A stretch of 64,000 nucleotides of DNA, from positions 1 through 64,000 of the forward strand of contig CBDCZH010000003.1 in assembly GCA_965224485.1 (NCBI GenBank), written 5' to 3'. Below, one piece after another: positions 19,521 to 30,775 of the stretch (position 1 is its first letter; each line of letters starts with the position of its first letter). The notes beneath the pieces are model-generated. The model did no database searches. It was given only the letters and a program-made list of their open reading frames with translations, and was not told where the DNA came from. Origin of the DNA: Arcobacteraceae bacterium (GTDB taxonomy: Bacteria > Campylobacterota > Campylobacteria > Campylobacterales > Arcobacteraceae). The position numbers and the translations under genes are program-made.

Positions 19521-20393
19521 TTAAATATTAAAAGCAATCTGCTTTAATTTTTTAATTTGCAAAGATAATGAAAATTCACGTGATAATTTCTTATTTTGTT
19601 TTTTTATAAGTTTTAAATCATTTACTCGTCCTAATAAAGCATCAACTTTAAAAGGTGTAGTAGAATCGCTACCTTCATTCATTGTAGCATAAACATCTGT
19701 TATTTCTCTTGCTGCGTTATTATATGTAACAAAAACAGCGGTTTTGTAAAACATTGCTTTTATTATATTAGAAGCAAAAGGTTTAACTTGTGTTGGTAAA
19801 ATAAAAATATCAGCAGCACTAAAAAGTAGATTAAGGTCTTTTGGATCTTCAATAAAGAGAAGTTTATCTTCAAAATTATACTTAGATATTGCAAACTTTA
19901 AAGAGTATATTTGTTTAGAATCACCTGCTATTACAGCTTGATAGTTTTTATAATTTAAAGAGTTTAGAATATTACAAAATTCTAATACCCCATTATATTT
20001 TAGATTTTTTGCAGTAAAAAGGATAATCTTCTTATCTTTTTTAATCTCAAACTCTTCACAAAAAGCTTTTTTTGACTCTTTTGCTTTTAATTGCACATAA
20101 CTTACAACAGGATAAATAACTTCTATTAAAGAATCATCTTTTATTTTTGCTTCTTTTAGAACTTCTTTTTTTGACATGAAAGAGTTTACTATAACTTTTT
20201 TTGCATTTTTAATATTTTGTAAATCATCTTTGCTTACTAAACCAGTATGAAAATAAATATCAGCATATTTTTTTTTAACAAAAGACATTTTATGAATAAG
20301 TTTTCTTTCTTCTAAAAGTTCTACTTCTTTTTCTTTTAAAAATTCACTTATTAAAGGATTTAACTTATTATAAGATATTTTAATTTTATTCAT
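19521..20393 (-). CDS. Glycosyltransferase (GT-B/GT4-like)
   Basis: KIILF...[14 protein letters not shown] locus context. Confidence 0.75.
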   Translation of the reverse strand: MNKIKISYNKLNPLISEFLKEKEVELLEERKLIHKMSFVKKKYADIYFHTGLVSKDDLQNIKNAKKVIVNSFMSKKEVLKEAKIKDDSLIEVIYPVVSYVQLKAKESKKAFCEEFEIKKDKKIILFTAKNLKYNGVLEFCNILNSLNYKNYQAVIAGDSKQIYSLKFAISKYNFEDKLLFIEDPKDLNLLFSAADIFILPTQVKPFASNIIKAMFYKTAVFVTYNNAAREITDVYATMNEGSDSTTPFKVDALLGRVNDLKLIKKQNKKLSREFSLSLQIKKLKQIAFNI

Positions 20394-21328
20394 TTATAAC
20401 CTTTAACACATCACTTGCTTTTATATCTTTCATACACGCATGGGTTTTAATAGGACAGACTCTTTTCATGCAAGGTGCACACTCTAAGTTTTTTGTAATT
20501 ATATGTTCATTATCATTATTCCATTGATTTGTTTCACTATATTTAGTAGGTCCAAAAATAGCATAAGTATTTATTTTAAAAGCAGCAGCAAACATGCATG
20601 GGTCCAGAATCATTTGTAAGAAAAACATCTAAACCAGCAATTTTAGAAATAAGCTCTTCTATTGTTGTTTGGGATGCTAGGTTTTTATAGTTTGTAATAC
20701 CAGCTTTTTTTAGCTCATTTTCTATATCTTTTGCAATATCTAACTCACCAGGCCCACCAAAAATAACAATATCATGAGTAGATGAAAGTTTTATAGCAAC
20801 TTTGGCAAACTCTTTTGGATACCATCTTTTAGCAGAACCATATGTGGCTCCTGGATTAATACCTAATGTTTTATTAGTATATTTAAAAGCTTTAAAATCT
20901 AAAAACAGATCTTTTGCTTCAAGTGAACTATTTAAAGATATATTTACAAAATCATTGTATCTAAGAACCTGATGTATCTCTTTTTTTGTATATCTTTTAT
21001 ATGAATATTTCTTTTTTGCATTGATAAAAAACATCATAAATTTAGAAGAAAAAGATTTCCTAAAAGAAAAAGCTAAGTCAACTTTTCCAACTTCTTTAGC
21101 AATATTAAAAAGATTTATATATCTATTGCCTTGTTTTTTACTATCATCTATAATAATTCTAGTAATTTGAGGTGATAATTTAAAAGCTTTTGTAGAAACA
21201 TACGAACCTAAAATAATAATCTGTGCTTTTGGATATAAAAGTTTAATATTTTCAATAGCAGGTGTACTCATAATAGCATCACCTAACCAAGTAGGAATTT
21301 CTATAAATATTTTATTTATGGTAGGCAT
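20386..21328 (-). CDS. waaF: ADP-heptose:LPS heptosyltransferase II (frameshift near 20578)
   Basis: PTWLGDAIM, NPGATYGSAKRW, TNDSGPMH; IFGPT...CAPCMKRVCP in the second frame. Confidence 0.9.
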
Positions 21329-22564
21329 AAATTGGGTTCTCACTTATTTTTATATCTTTTTTTATCTCTTTTCCAAACATATCATATACCAGATCAAAAC
21401 CACTTAAAAGTACTTCTTTTTTTGAACTTAACCAAATAATATCTATTTTTTGATTGTTTTTAAGTAAACAGCTTAAAGTATGTAAGTCATTTGATTTGAC
21501 ATATTTAAGAACCTTGGAGTCTTGTAAAAAACTAAGCATAGTTTTATATACTTCAAATGCACTTCTTTTTCGTAAACCTTCTCTATTATCAATTAGTCCA
21601 TAACCAGCTGCTATTAACTGATGCCAGTAAACACTTTGTATTTTTCCACTTCCATAAGCTAAGAGGTAATACCTTAACATATATCGAGAATAGTCCTCTT
21701 CACTAACACACTCATGTTCACTTGTAGGAGCATAAGGTTTTGTATTTGATATAGGCCAGTTTACTTCTGTAATAATAATATCATTTGTACTTTTTTTAGC
21801 TAAAGAGCATAAAGAATATAATAAATCTATTTTTTTACTTGTATCAAAAATAAACATTTGAGTATTTTCAGGAGCACCTCTTCTATCTACATATAATAAA
21901 GAAGAAATTTTATCAAAATGAACTCCCATATTATTAAATAGTGCTCTTATTATATAATGGTATTCAAAATCTATAACACTTGGTCCTATTAATACATAAG
22001 AAGGAAAAGATACTTTTTTTATATTATACGCACTTAAATAAAACTCTAAATACTCTTTTACTGAGAAAAAGCCCCATTTACTTCTATTAATGGCATTAGC
22101 AATTTGGAACTCATTTGAGATTCCTTTAAATGCCAAAAAAATTAAAGTTAAACTTTTTTTTAGTAAAGTTTTATTTTCAATATGTTCTCTATTTTGCAAA
22201 ATATTTATAATTATATTACAAGAGTTAAAAGATTTAGCAAATAATACATACTTATCAAGATTTTCTATATCATGCAAGGGAACTCGAATTAAAATATTCT
22301 TACAGCCAAGCTCTTTTATTAAGTTTTGCTGTTCATCTCCTTTATCTAAATTAACACTCATTCCAAAAAAAGATTTTGAATCTATTTGTTTCTTTTAAAA
22401 AAAGTAAGCAAAACAATAGATATAGGAAAATATAACAAAGATAATAATAATAAAGGAAGATAATCAAAAAGATTCTTTTTTCTCATACTTCTCTTATACT
22501 CTTTATCTTTTATAATAAAAGGTTGGTCTGAGTTCTTATCCCAGATAAATGGACTATTTTTCAT
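21312..22564 (-). CDS. Glycoside-hydrolase-like protein with N-terminal TM helix (frameshift near 22385)
   Basis: Joins ORFs 22382-22564 and 21312-22361; NAINRSKWG, LLYVDRRGAPE, ITEVNWP, VYWHQL suggest a TIM-barrel GH-like fold. Confidence 0.6.
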
Positions 22565-22566
22565 AT

Positions 22567-23184
22567 TTATAACCTTGTAAAAGGTCTTTTACCTAAGTTA
22601 ACTCTTTTTATATCTTTTTCATACATTTTAATAAATTTTTCCCACTGCTTTTTTATTTTATACTTAGTATAAAGCTTAGAAAACTTGTAAAAAATAAATT
22701 TGAATCCAGTTCTTTTAGCACCTAAACCATCAATAATTATTAACTTATATTTATCTTTTGCAATTAAGCAGCAAAATATATTTGTTAAACTTGTATCAAC
22801 AAAAAGAACTAAATTATTTTCAAGATATAATTTTAGATCATTTATTAGCACTTTTTGGTAATCTTGTGAAATTAATTTATTTGCTAACATATATCTAAAA
22901 GATTTACTTGGAGTTTTGTCATAGTCTAAAACTCTATCAAAAACTAAACCTTCACCTTTATTTGTTTGAACAAATCCATAACAAGAAGTAATACAAGAGA
23001 AGTCAGTATTATTTTTTTCTAAGTATTTCATATATGAGTATTCTAATTTATTTTGATTATTATGCTTTTTTTCTAAAGTATGTAATACTTTAATTACTTT
23101 AGAACTATCAGTAGGATGGCAAAAACAGTCTCTCTCACCACCTTTTGCAAGTAAATGTTCATTTTTTAATATTATTTTACTCAT
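22567..23184 (-). CDS. YrbL-family kinase-like protein
   Basis: LAKGGERDCFCHP, GFVQTNKGEGL, IIIDGLG. Confidence 0.85.
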   Translation of the reverse strand: MSKIILKNEHLLAKGGERDCFCHPTDSSKVIKVLHTLEKKHNNQNKLEYSYMKYLEKNNTDFSCITSCYGFVQTNKGEGLVFDRVLDYDKTPSKSFRYMLANKLISQDYQKVLINDLKLYLENNLVLFVDTSLTNIFCCLIAKDKYKLIIIDGLGAKRTGFKFIFYKFSKLYTKYKIKKQWEKFIKMYEKDIKRVNLGKRPFTRL

Positions 23185-24136
23185 TAATACTCTTATTTTT
23201 AAACATACCTAGTTTTTTTAAAGAATAAATTAAAACATTTTTACAATATTTTATATCTTTTCCTGTATTTATATAAACATATAACATAGCTGGCTTTTCT
23301 AAGTACATAACAAAGTTAAGTTCTCTATATTTCCTAATATCAGCCTTACTCAATTCTTCTTTTCTACTTAAAATAATTTCTTCTTTTGCATCTAAATGAA
23401 TTACACAAGTAGTTCTAGGAATAAAGTATAAATAAGATTTCCAATTCTCTCTTAAACTTGTTTCTTTATTCATAAATGATATATTTTTTAATAAATAATC
23501 TTGAAAAAATCTATCTACAAATATAAAATTTTTTCTTATTAAAGCCTTATATATTAAATAAGGATAATAAAATAGTCCACATAATACAATTAACTTTGAA
23601 TGTCTGTCATCATGTTGATCTTTTTGCGGTTTAAAACCAAGTTTTTTCTTTAAAAAGTACCTGCTTATAGGATATATTATATTATATAAACTTGAACGTC
23701 TTACGATTTTTTTAAATCTTTTATACAAAACCTTATCATCTGATTTTTTTAGAACAGAATTTAATAAAGTTGTTTTTCCAACGCCATCTGGACCCAAAAT
23801 TGATACAATTACACTTTTTTCAAAATATCTTTGTTTATAGGCAAAAAATTCAGAAACAAAAGTATCTTCATTATCTCTTGATGTTTTTAAAATAATTCTT
23901 TTAATTTTATTACTTTGGTAATCAAAAAACTCAAGTTTATATGAGTTGATTTTATCTCTTTGTACTATAAAACTATATTCTAAAGAAGAAACTTCTATAA
24001 AAATTATATTAAGAATTCTATTTAAATCATCACTTGATATTAAAAAGACATCATTCTTTAATATATCAAAAGATACTTTTTTTTCTTTTAGAATCAATAA
24101 AATATTTTCAACTAACTCAAATACATTATTTGACAT
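23177..24136 (-). CDS. P-loop NMP-kinase-like (thymidylate-kinase-like) protein
   Basis: ILGPDGVGKTT Walker A, FVDRF, SRKEEL. Confidence 0.7.
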   Translation of the reverse strand: MSNNVFELVENILLILKEKKVSFDILKNDVFLISSDDLNRILNIIFIEVSSLEYSFIVQRDKINSYKLEFFDYQSNKIKRIILKTSRDNEDTFVSEFFAYKQRYFEKSVIVSILGPDGVGKTTLLNSVLKKSDDKVLYKRFKKIVRRSSLYNIIYPISRYFLKKKLGFKPQKDQHDDRHSKLIVLCGLFYYPYLIYKALIRKNFIFVDRFFQDYLLKNISFMNKETSLRENWKSYLYFIPRTTCVIHLDAKEEIILSRKEELSKADIRKYRELNFVMYLEKPAMLYVYINTGKDIKYCKNVLIYSLKKLGMFKNKSINE

Positions 24137-24150
24137 ATTCCGCCCCCCCC

Positions 24151-25116
24151 TTAACACAAGTTATCTAATAAATTTTCTATTTCTAAGTAGAGTTTTTTAT
24201 TATAATTATTTGGAATCATAAAATTATTTTGCTGCTTTTTTTCACTTATGGTAGCCCATCTTTTAGAAGAGGCGAATAAGCTATTTCCAAAAAAAGAAAT
24301 AGTTTTTATATTCACAGCACCTGCTAAATGCATAGGTCCTGTTGATGTACTTATGAATAATTCAAAATTACATAATAACTTACAGAAATTAACTAAACTT
24401 AGCTTAGACTCATATATAATAGCATCAAAATCAAGATTTCTTTCTATATAAGTTTTACTTTTATTATCATCTGGTCCAAAAGTGAATATTACTTTATAAG
24501 CTTTTTTTAATGAAACAACTTTTGCAAGAGAAATATAATCATCAAGTTTTAAATTACCATCACTACTTCCACCAAAACCGCAGTGAAAAGCAATATATTT
24601 ATAATCATTTTCAATTTTACTCTCTTTTTTAAAAGCTTCTAATTGCTCAATCTTCTCTTTCTTTAAAAAATTTAAAACTGGTTTTTTAAAAGAAGAACTT
24701 ATTTTATTATCATAAGAGAGTAAAAGATCAATGTTATATTGGGCTTCTGTTTTTTCAACCCTACTTCTTCTTTGTATAACTTTATAATTAGTGAAAATTT
24801 GAGCAAGTTTAGTAGCTGGTGCGTATCTTTTTTTAATACCTGCTAAAAAAAGAGCAAAAGATAATTTTGTATCAGTAAAAGCACAAAAACTTATATCAAT
24901 GTTTTTCTTTTTAAATTCTTTATATAAATAAATTAAATCATTTTTATATAAAATAACTTCATCAATAAAATCAATACTGCAAGCAAAGTCATAATTTACT
25001 TTTGATACTAAAACAATAATTTTAGAATCTTTAAAATTCTCTTTGGCAATTTTTATCATTGGCAGACATAAAACGAAATCACCAATTTTATCATGCCTTG
25101 AAATTAGTATTCTCAC
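24151..25116 (-). CDS. Glycosyltransferase family 9 (heptosyltransferase-like)
   Basis: RHDKIGDFVL, STSTGPMHLA. Confidence 0.9.
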   Translation of the reverse strand: MRILISRHDKIGDFVLCLPMIKIAKENFKDSKIIVLVSKVNYDFACSIDFIDEVILYKNDLIYLYKEFKKKNIDISFCAFTDTKLSFALFLAGIKKRYAPATKLAQIFTNYKVIQRRSRVEKTEAQYNIDLLLSYDNKISSSFKKPVLNFLKKEKIEQLEAFKKESKIENDYKYIAFHCGFGGSSDGNLKLDDYISLAKVVSLKKAYKVIFTFGPDDNKSKTYIERNLDFDAIIYESKLSLVNFCKLLCNFELFISTSTGPMHLAGAVNIKTISFFGNSLFASSKRWATISEKKQQNNFMIPNNYNKKLYLEIENLLDNLC

Positions 25117-25865
25117 TAATTTTTGCCTCTAATCTTTCTTTTGAATAAAACAAAATCTTTTAGTTTTTTATCAGCTTTTTTTAAAATATCTAAACTTAAT
25201 TTTTCTTTTACATTTGCCAATTTTGCATAATGCTTTGCTATTATTTCTAAAGAGTTATCATCTAACCATAATTTAGCAAAATTATCTAAACCTAATTCTA
25301 AACTAACTTCTTTAAACTCCATTCTATTTATATCAACTATAGAAAACTCATAAGTTTTTTCATCTTTTTTATAAACTAAAATATTTCCAGCAGAATAATC
25401 TTTATGATATACATTGTTTTGATGAAGATTATAAGTAAATTCAACAAAGAGTTTTAAAATAAGTTCTCTATTTTCAAAATCTAAATTTCGTAAAGGTTCT
25501 CTAATTGTATAATCATAATCATATTTTTTTGATATAAAAAAACTTTCTTTAAATAAAAAACCTTCATAAAACTCAATATATCCTATAGGTAAAGGAGTAT
25601 TAATCCCAAGACTTTCTAATTTTTTAGCATTTAAATAAGATTTTTTAGCTTTTGAACTTCTAAAATAAGCATATACAATTTGATTTAAAATATTTGGAAC
25701 TTTAAAAGCTTTTACAATTGTTTGTGTATTTTCATACTCTATAACTTTTAACTCGTTTCTCGCTTTATGAATAGTATTTGAATTATTTTTAAAATAGTTT
25801 TTTATATCTAATAATAAATCTTTAAATTTCTCACTATTTTTATTTATCTCATATTTATTATTCAA
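25116..25865 (-). CDS. Lipopolysaccharide kinase (Kdo/WaaP-like)
   Basis: VKAFK, GINTP, HKDYSAGNIL, VDINRM. Confidence 0.85.
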   Translation of the reverse strand: MNNKYEINKNSEKFKDLLLDIKNYFKNNSNTIHKARNELKVIEYENTQTIVKAFKVPNILNQIVYAYFRSSKAKKSYLNAKKLESLGINTPLPIGYIEFYEGFLFKESFFISKKYDYDYTIREPLRNLDFENRELILKLFVEFTYNLHQNNVYHKDYSAGNILVYKKDEKTYEFSIVDINRMEFKEVSLELGLDNFAKLWLDDNSLEIIAKHYAKLANVKEKLSLDILKKADKKLKDFVLFKRKIRGKN

Positions 25866-26469
25866 ATTCTTCCTTTTTATATTCTAATTTTAGGTTTCGT
25901 TCATACTTATAATTAGATAAAAATATATTCCATTGTTTTTTAATCTTATATTCTGCAAATTTTTTAAATCTTAGGTAAAGCCAAAATTTTAGACCATACC
26001 TTCTAGCTCCTAAACCATCAAAAACAATTAATTTGAATTTATTTTTAGAAACTTTTTGACAAAAAACATTAGATAAACTAGCATCAACAAATAAAATAGA
26101 ATTTTCAAATAAATATTCTTTTAAATCATTTATTAAAGTTAATCCTATTTCTTCATCTAATAAATTATATTTTGAATAATGACTAAGTGTTCTTATTGTT
26201 GAATTATCATAATTTTGAACTCTTTGATAAATTAAACCTCGTCCTTTATTCGTTTCTATCCAACCAAAACACTTTGTTATATGAGAAAAATTATTAAGAT
26301 TACGCTCTAAATATTTATAATATTCAAATTCTAACTCATTTTGTCTGTTATGTTTCTTCTTAGAATGAAGAACTTTTATAATTTTTTTATCATCATTGGG
26401 ATGAATATAAGAGTCTCGCTCTCCACCTTTTCCTAAAAAGTATTTTCTATCTAAATTTATATAATTCAT
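25858..26469 (-). CDS. YrbL-family kinase-like protein
   Basis: LGKGGERDSYIHP, GWIETNKGRGL, IVFDGLG. Confidence 0.85.
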   Translation of the reverse strand: MNYINLDRKYFLGKGGERDSYIHPNDDKKIIKVLHSKKKHNRQNELEFEYYKYLERNLNNFSHITKCFGWIETNKGRGLIYQRVQNYDNSTIRTLSHYSKYNLLDEEIGLTLINDLKEYLFENSILFVDASLSNVFCQKVSKNKFKLIVFDGLGARRYGLKFWLYLRFKKFAEYKIKKQWNIFLSNYKYERNLKLEYKKEEFE

Positions 26470-26629
26470 TAAAATCTTTCTTATTAATATAGATATGATA
26501 GCAAAAATAAATATATGATTTAATTAAAAGAAAAAATTTAGTTTAGTGAAACCTTTTATATCTACATTAATTATTTTTTAAGCTATAAATAAATAAGCTA
26601 CGAATTATAAATTTAAACATTGGATAAAA

Positions 26630-28267
26630 ATGAAAAACATATTTTTAAAAGTTACTTACTCTATATTTCTATCAATTTTAATAACTATTTTATTTATTAC
26701 AGTTGAACAAACATACAGAATTTATAATGATATTTTAGTTTTTAATTTAAATATTAAAAGTTTTTTAGAACAAATTATTTTAAATTTTTTAATTATTTCA
26801 ATTCTTAGTAAAAGAGCTATAGCCCTTACATATGTACTCTTATCAATTTTATTATGGTTCCAGTTATTGCATTTCTCATATTTTGGAACATGGATTTTTC
26901 CATTAGAATATTACTTATTTTTTACAAAATTTCAAGAAACATATGATACTTTTATTACAGTTGTTGATATAACTATTGTTCCAACTCTTTTAGTTTTAAT
27001 AATGATTATTATCATATATTCACTAATCATGAAATTTGATAAGAAAAGATTAAAAGTACCATTTTTATCAATATTTTTAATACTTTTTATTATTTTCTTA
27101 CCATTAAGAGTTTATGTAAAGGACTCAAGAAAAGGTCATAGACCAAATGTAGAGTATTATCCTATAAAAAACACATTTACAAATATTTCGTATTTATTAG
27201 GAAATATTATGCCTAAAAAAATATCAGGACATACAGGGTTAGAGCAAAAACTTGTAAAAACACCTTCAATATCTTTTAACAATCCAAATGTTAATATTGT
27301 TATGATTATGGGAGAATCTTTAAATAGAAACTTCATGTCTTTATATGATTATAAAGTTCAAACTACTCCTTTTTTAGACTCACTTAAAAATAATAAAAAC
27401 TTTTTATATAAAAAAGCAATTGCATCAGGAGTTGTTACAGATGTAGCAATTCCAAGTTTCTTTAATATGATAAAGAGACCAGATGGCGTTCCACAGATTA
27501 TTACAACAAATACTTGCTTATTTAAAATGGCTAAAGGAAATGGTTTCAAAACACATTTTTATAGCGCCCAAGCCCAAGACCAATTATCTCAACTAAAAAG
27601 TTATTTATGTCCTAAATGGATTGATTCTTATGTAGATGGAACATCAGTAACAAAAGATATTGATACACCTGCTTTAGACGAATTTTTGCTTAGTACAATT
27701 GATAAAATAGATTTTAAGCAATCAAATTTTATAGTTTTACATCAAAGAGGTTCCCACACTCCTTTTAAAGCTGATTATCCAAAAGAGTTTGAAAAGTTCA
27801 CTAAAGAAAATTCAAAAGATAAAAGTATTTCACAAAATACCTTAGAATATCAAAATTCTGTTTATTATACAGATTATGTATTATCTCAAATAATTAAAAA
27901 AATATCACAAAAAAGTTCAAAACCAACGTATTTTATTTTTACTTCAGATCATGCTACAAATGTAGGAGATAAGAATAGAAATGGACATGGAAGATTAGAT
28001 TATGATTCAATTTACCAAGTACCATTTTTTGTATATTCAATAAATAATGCAAGAAATATAAATAAAGAGTTTTCTTCTTTTGAGTATATTTCACACTATC
28101 AAATATCAAAAGTTTTAAGTTCATTAATGGGTTATAAAAAAGAAGATTTTAAGTTTAATAAAAAAGAGCCATATTTTGTTTGTGACTCTGATATTTCCGG
28201 CTTATCCGGAATTTTAGAATTAACTTTTGATGAAAATAATAAACAAATAAAAAAACTTATAGAATAA
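26630..28267 (+). CDS. Phosphoethanolamine transferase (sulfatase-like fold)
   Basis: N-terminal TM helices; IMGES, LHQRGSH, TSDH. Confidence 0.85.
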   Translation: MKNIFLKVTYSIFLSILITILFITVEQTYRIYNDILVFNLNIKSFLEQIILNFLIISILSKRAIALTYVLLSILLWFQLLHFSYFGTWIFPLEYYLFFTKFQETYDTFITVVDITIVPTLLVLIMIIIIYSLIMKFDKKRLKVPFLSIFLILFIIFLPLRVYVKDSRKGHRPNVEYYPIKNTFTNISYLLGNIMPKKISGHTGLEQKLVKTPSISFNNPNVNIVMIMGESLNRNFMSLYDYKVQTTPFLDSLKNNKNFLYKKAIASGVVTDVAIPSFFNMIKRPDGVPQIITTNTCLFKMAKGNGFKTHFYSAQAQDQLSQLKSYLCPKWIDSYVDGTSVTKDIDTPALDEFLLSTIDKIDFKQSNFIVLHQRGSHTPFKADYPKEFEKFTKENSKDKSISQNTLEYQNSVYYTDYVLSQIIKKISQKSSKPTYFIFTSDHATNVGDKNRNGHGRLDYDSIYQVPFFVYSINNARNINKEFSSFEYISHYQISKVLSSLMGYKKEDFKFNKKEPYFVCDSDISGLSGILELTFDENNKQIKKLIE

Positions 28268-28271
28268 ATTT

Positions 28272-28829
28272 CTATAAGTATTTTTTTACAAATTTATCCC
28301 ATCTTCTTGTTATTCTTCTTCTTGCAAAATAAGGAATATTATTTAAAATTGTAAAGTGAGAAACATCTCCTAAACCATCAATCAACACAAGTTCCGAGTT
28401 TTTTGAAGATGTTTTTCTTAATAATATATTCTTAGGCATCATTCCATAATTAAAAATTAAACAATATTTTAAAAAATATTGTTTATAAACTTCTAAGTGT
28501 TTTTCATATATTTCAACACCGTCTTTTTTTAAATAATATGCAAAACTTTTTGATATCTCGCCATCATAATCTTTAATAAGTTCAAGTACAAAACCATCAC
28601 CCATATTTGTTTTTACTTCTCCAAAATATTGTGGAAGATGCTTCCAATTTGTTAGTTGTTTCTTTAGTAATTGTTTATAGTATTTTATCTCTTTAGCTGA
28701 TTGTTTACTCTCTTTTCTATTGTTATTAATAAAAGTAATTTTTATTGTTTTATTCTCATCATCAGGATGGGCATAACAAGCTCTTTCATTTCCTTTTGCA
28801 ATAAAGTCTTCATCTTTTAATGTTATCAC
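28272..28829 (-). CDS. YrbL-family kinase-like protein
   Basis: IAKGNERACYAHP, GEVKTNMGDG, VLIDGLG. Confidence 0.85.
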   Translation of the reverse strand: MITLKDEDFIAKGNERACYAHPDDENKTIKITFINNNRKESKQSAKEIKYYKQLLKKQLTNWKHLPQYFGEVKTNMGDGFVLELIKDYDGEISKSFAYYLKKDGVEIYEKHLEVYKQYFLKYCLIFNYGMMPKNILLRKTSSKNSELVLIDGLGDVSHFTILNNIPYFARRRITRRWDKFVKKYL

Positions 28830-28840
28830 GTATATAACTC

Positions 28841-29944
28841 CTATAGATTATTAAATATATTAATTAATTTATCAAATTGTTTCTTATTATCAAAACACTC
28901 ATCTACTTTTTTCTTTCCATTAAGAGCTAGTTGTTCTCTTAATTCTGTATTTTTATATAAAAGCTCAATTTTTGAAGCTAAAGATAAAATATCTTCACTA
29001 GTAAAAAACAAACCATTTACCTTATCCTCAATTATTTCTAATACCCCTCCTGAATTAGAAGCAAGTACACAAGTACTATTTTTCATAGCTTCAATACTTA
29101 CTAAACCAAACGTTTCATTCTTTGAGGTCATTAATACTACATCACAAGCTTGCATAAACTTATTAGGTTCCCTTATAAAACCTAAAAATATTAAATTTTC
29201 ATTTAAATTGTATTTATGAACTTTCTCTTTTAAGCTCTTTAAATAATCTTCATTCATAGCAGAACCCACAATAAAAGCCTTTACACCTAAACCTTTTTCT
29301 TTTATTATTTTCATAGCTTCTATAAGTAAGTATTGACCTTTAAACTCATTTATTCGACCCACTAATCCAATCATCATTGACCTATTGACTTTTAATTCAC
29401 ATCTATATTCTTCGATCTCTTCTAGTGATTTTTTATCATAATTTTTTGCACCTAAGTATAAAATTTCAATTTTTGGTCTTATATCTTTTGATATATATTT
29501 ATTAATCTGATTTGATACTTCTTTTGTAATACAAATAATAGTATCTATATTTTTATACAAAAATCTATGATAAAAATCATTTTTAAATCTTGTCATGGTC
29601 ATATGTCTAGTTTGAATAATTTTAGGTTTCTTTTTTGAAAAAATCTTTGCCATTACTGCTATTGGAATATCTTTTGTCCAATGTAAATGAATAATATCAA
29701 TTTCATTTCTATCAATTATTTTGGCTAATTTAAAGGCTGAAATTAGAGAAAAACTACTTTTTCTTTTTATTTTTAAATATTTTAAATTACCTTCTTTAAA
29801 ATATTTTTCTAATTTAGAATTTGTATTTAAAACACCTATAACATTAAAATCATTTTTTAAAACTTCCATGCAAGATTTAACATACAATTCTAAACCACCT
29901 AAATCAGGAGATAAACAAAGTTCTAGAAGATTCTTCTTATTCAT
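28841..29944 (-). CDS. Glycosyltransferase family 4
   Basis: GGLE, VGRINEFKG, ETFGLVSIEAM. Confidence 0.92.
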   Translation of the reverse strand: MNKKNLLELCLSPDLGGLELYVKSCMEVLKNDFNVIGVLNTNSKLEKYFKEGNLKYLKIKRKSSFSLISAFKLAKIIDRNEIDIIHLHWTKDIPIAVMAKIFSKKKPKIIQTRHMTMTRFKNDFYHRFLYKNIDTIICITKEVSNQINKYISKDIRPKIEILYLGAKNYDKKSLEEIEEYRCELKVNRSMMIGLVGRINEFKGQYLLIEAMKIIKEKGLGVKAFIVGSAMNEDYLKSLKEKVHKYNLNENLIFLGFIREPNKFMQACDVVLMTSKNETFGLVSIEAMKNSTCVLASNSGGVLEIIEDKVNGLFFTSEDILSLASKIELLYKNTELREQLALNGKKKVDECFDNKKQFDKLINIFNNL

Positions 29945-30677
29945 TATTTTGCATTTCTAAGATAAGAGCATATTTCATATAAGAGCTATATGCAGAAATA
30001 ACAGCAACATTCCAACCATTAATTCCATGAAAAGCTCCACCTTTTAAAATCAAAGCTTTAAATAAAGCTCCAAATCCATGAATAATAGGATCAAAACTTG
30101 AGGCTCTTTTTCCACTTTCATAAGAAATTTTTGCCCCTCTTGTTATAAACTTTTGTGTAGTTTTTATCATATGAGTATAATTAGTATATGAATAATGTAA
30201 CATATCAGCTTTTAAATCACATACATTTGATGTTTCTACTCTTGCATGACCAGCAGAAGTAGTATAGGCACATGCTTTTTTATTATATAGTCTTGTTACT
30301 CTATCTGGGTACCAAAGTTTAATAAAACTCTTTCCTACATATGTTTTTCTGCAAAAAGAGTAAGCTTCAAATTTAGAATTTTGTAAATCTAAGTTTTTTA
30401 TAGCTGCTATTGCATTTACATCTAAGCGTTCATCTGCATCTATACTTAAAATCCAATCATTAGAAGCATAAGGTGCTCCAAATGCTTTTTGTGGACCATC
30501 GCCTAGATATTTTTGTTTTATTACTATTGCACCTAAACTTTGTGCTATTTCACATGTTTTATCAGAACTTAAAGAATCTATTACTAAAACTTCATCACAA
30601 ACTTCTTGAACTGATTTTATGACTTCTGCTATATTATTCTCTTCATTTAAAGTTATTATATTTGCTGTTATTTTCAT
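29937..30677 (-). CDS. Glycosyltransferase family 2 (WaaE/KdtX-like)
   Basis: IITLNEE, DSLSSDKT, WILSIDADE. Confidence 0.9.
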   Translation of the reverse strand: MKITANIITLNEENNIAEVIKSVQEVCDEVLVIDSLSSDKTCEIAQSLGAIVIKQKYLGDGPQKAFGAPYASNDWILSIDADERLDVNAIAAIKNLDLQNSKFEAYSFCRKTYVGKSFIKLWYPDRVTRLYNKKACAYTTSAGHARVETSNVCDLKADMLHYSYTNYTHMIKTTQKFITRGAKISYESGKRASSFDPIIHGFGALFKALILKGGAFHGINGWNVAVISAYSSYMKYALILEMQNNE

Positions 30678-30775
30678 AAACAAAAAAACCTTTTTCTTTT
30701 TTAAATTAAAAGATATTATATAATAAGTTTAATTTAAATAGGATATAATTCCATTATATAAGAACTAGGATTAGT

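Noticed and set aside
19274..19537. N-terminally extended L28
   Set aside because: An RBS precedes ATG 19462, giving a normal 62-aa protein
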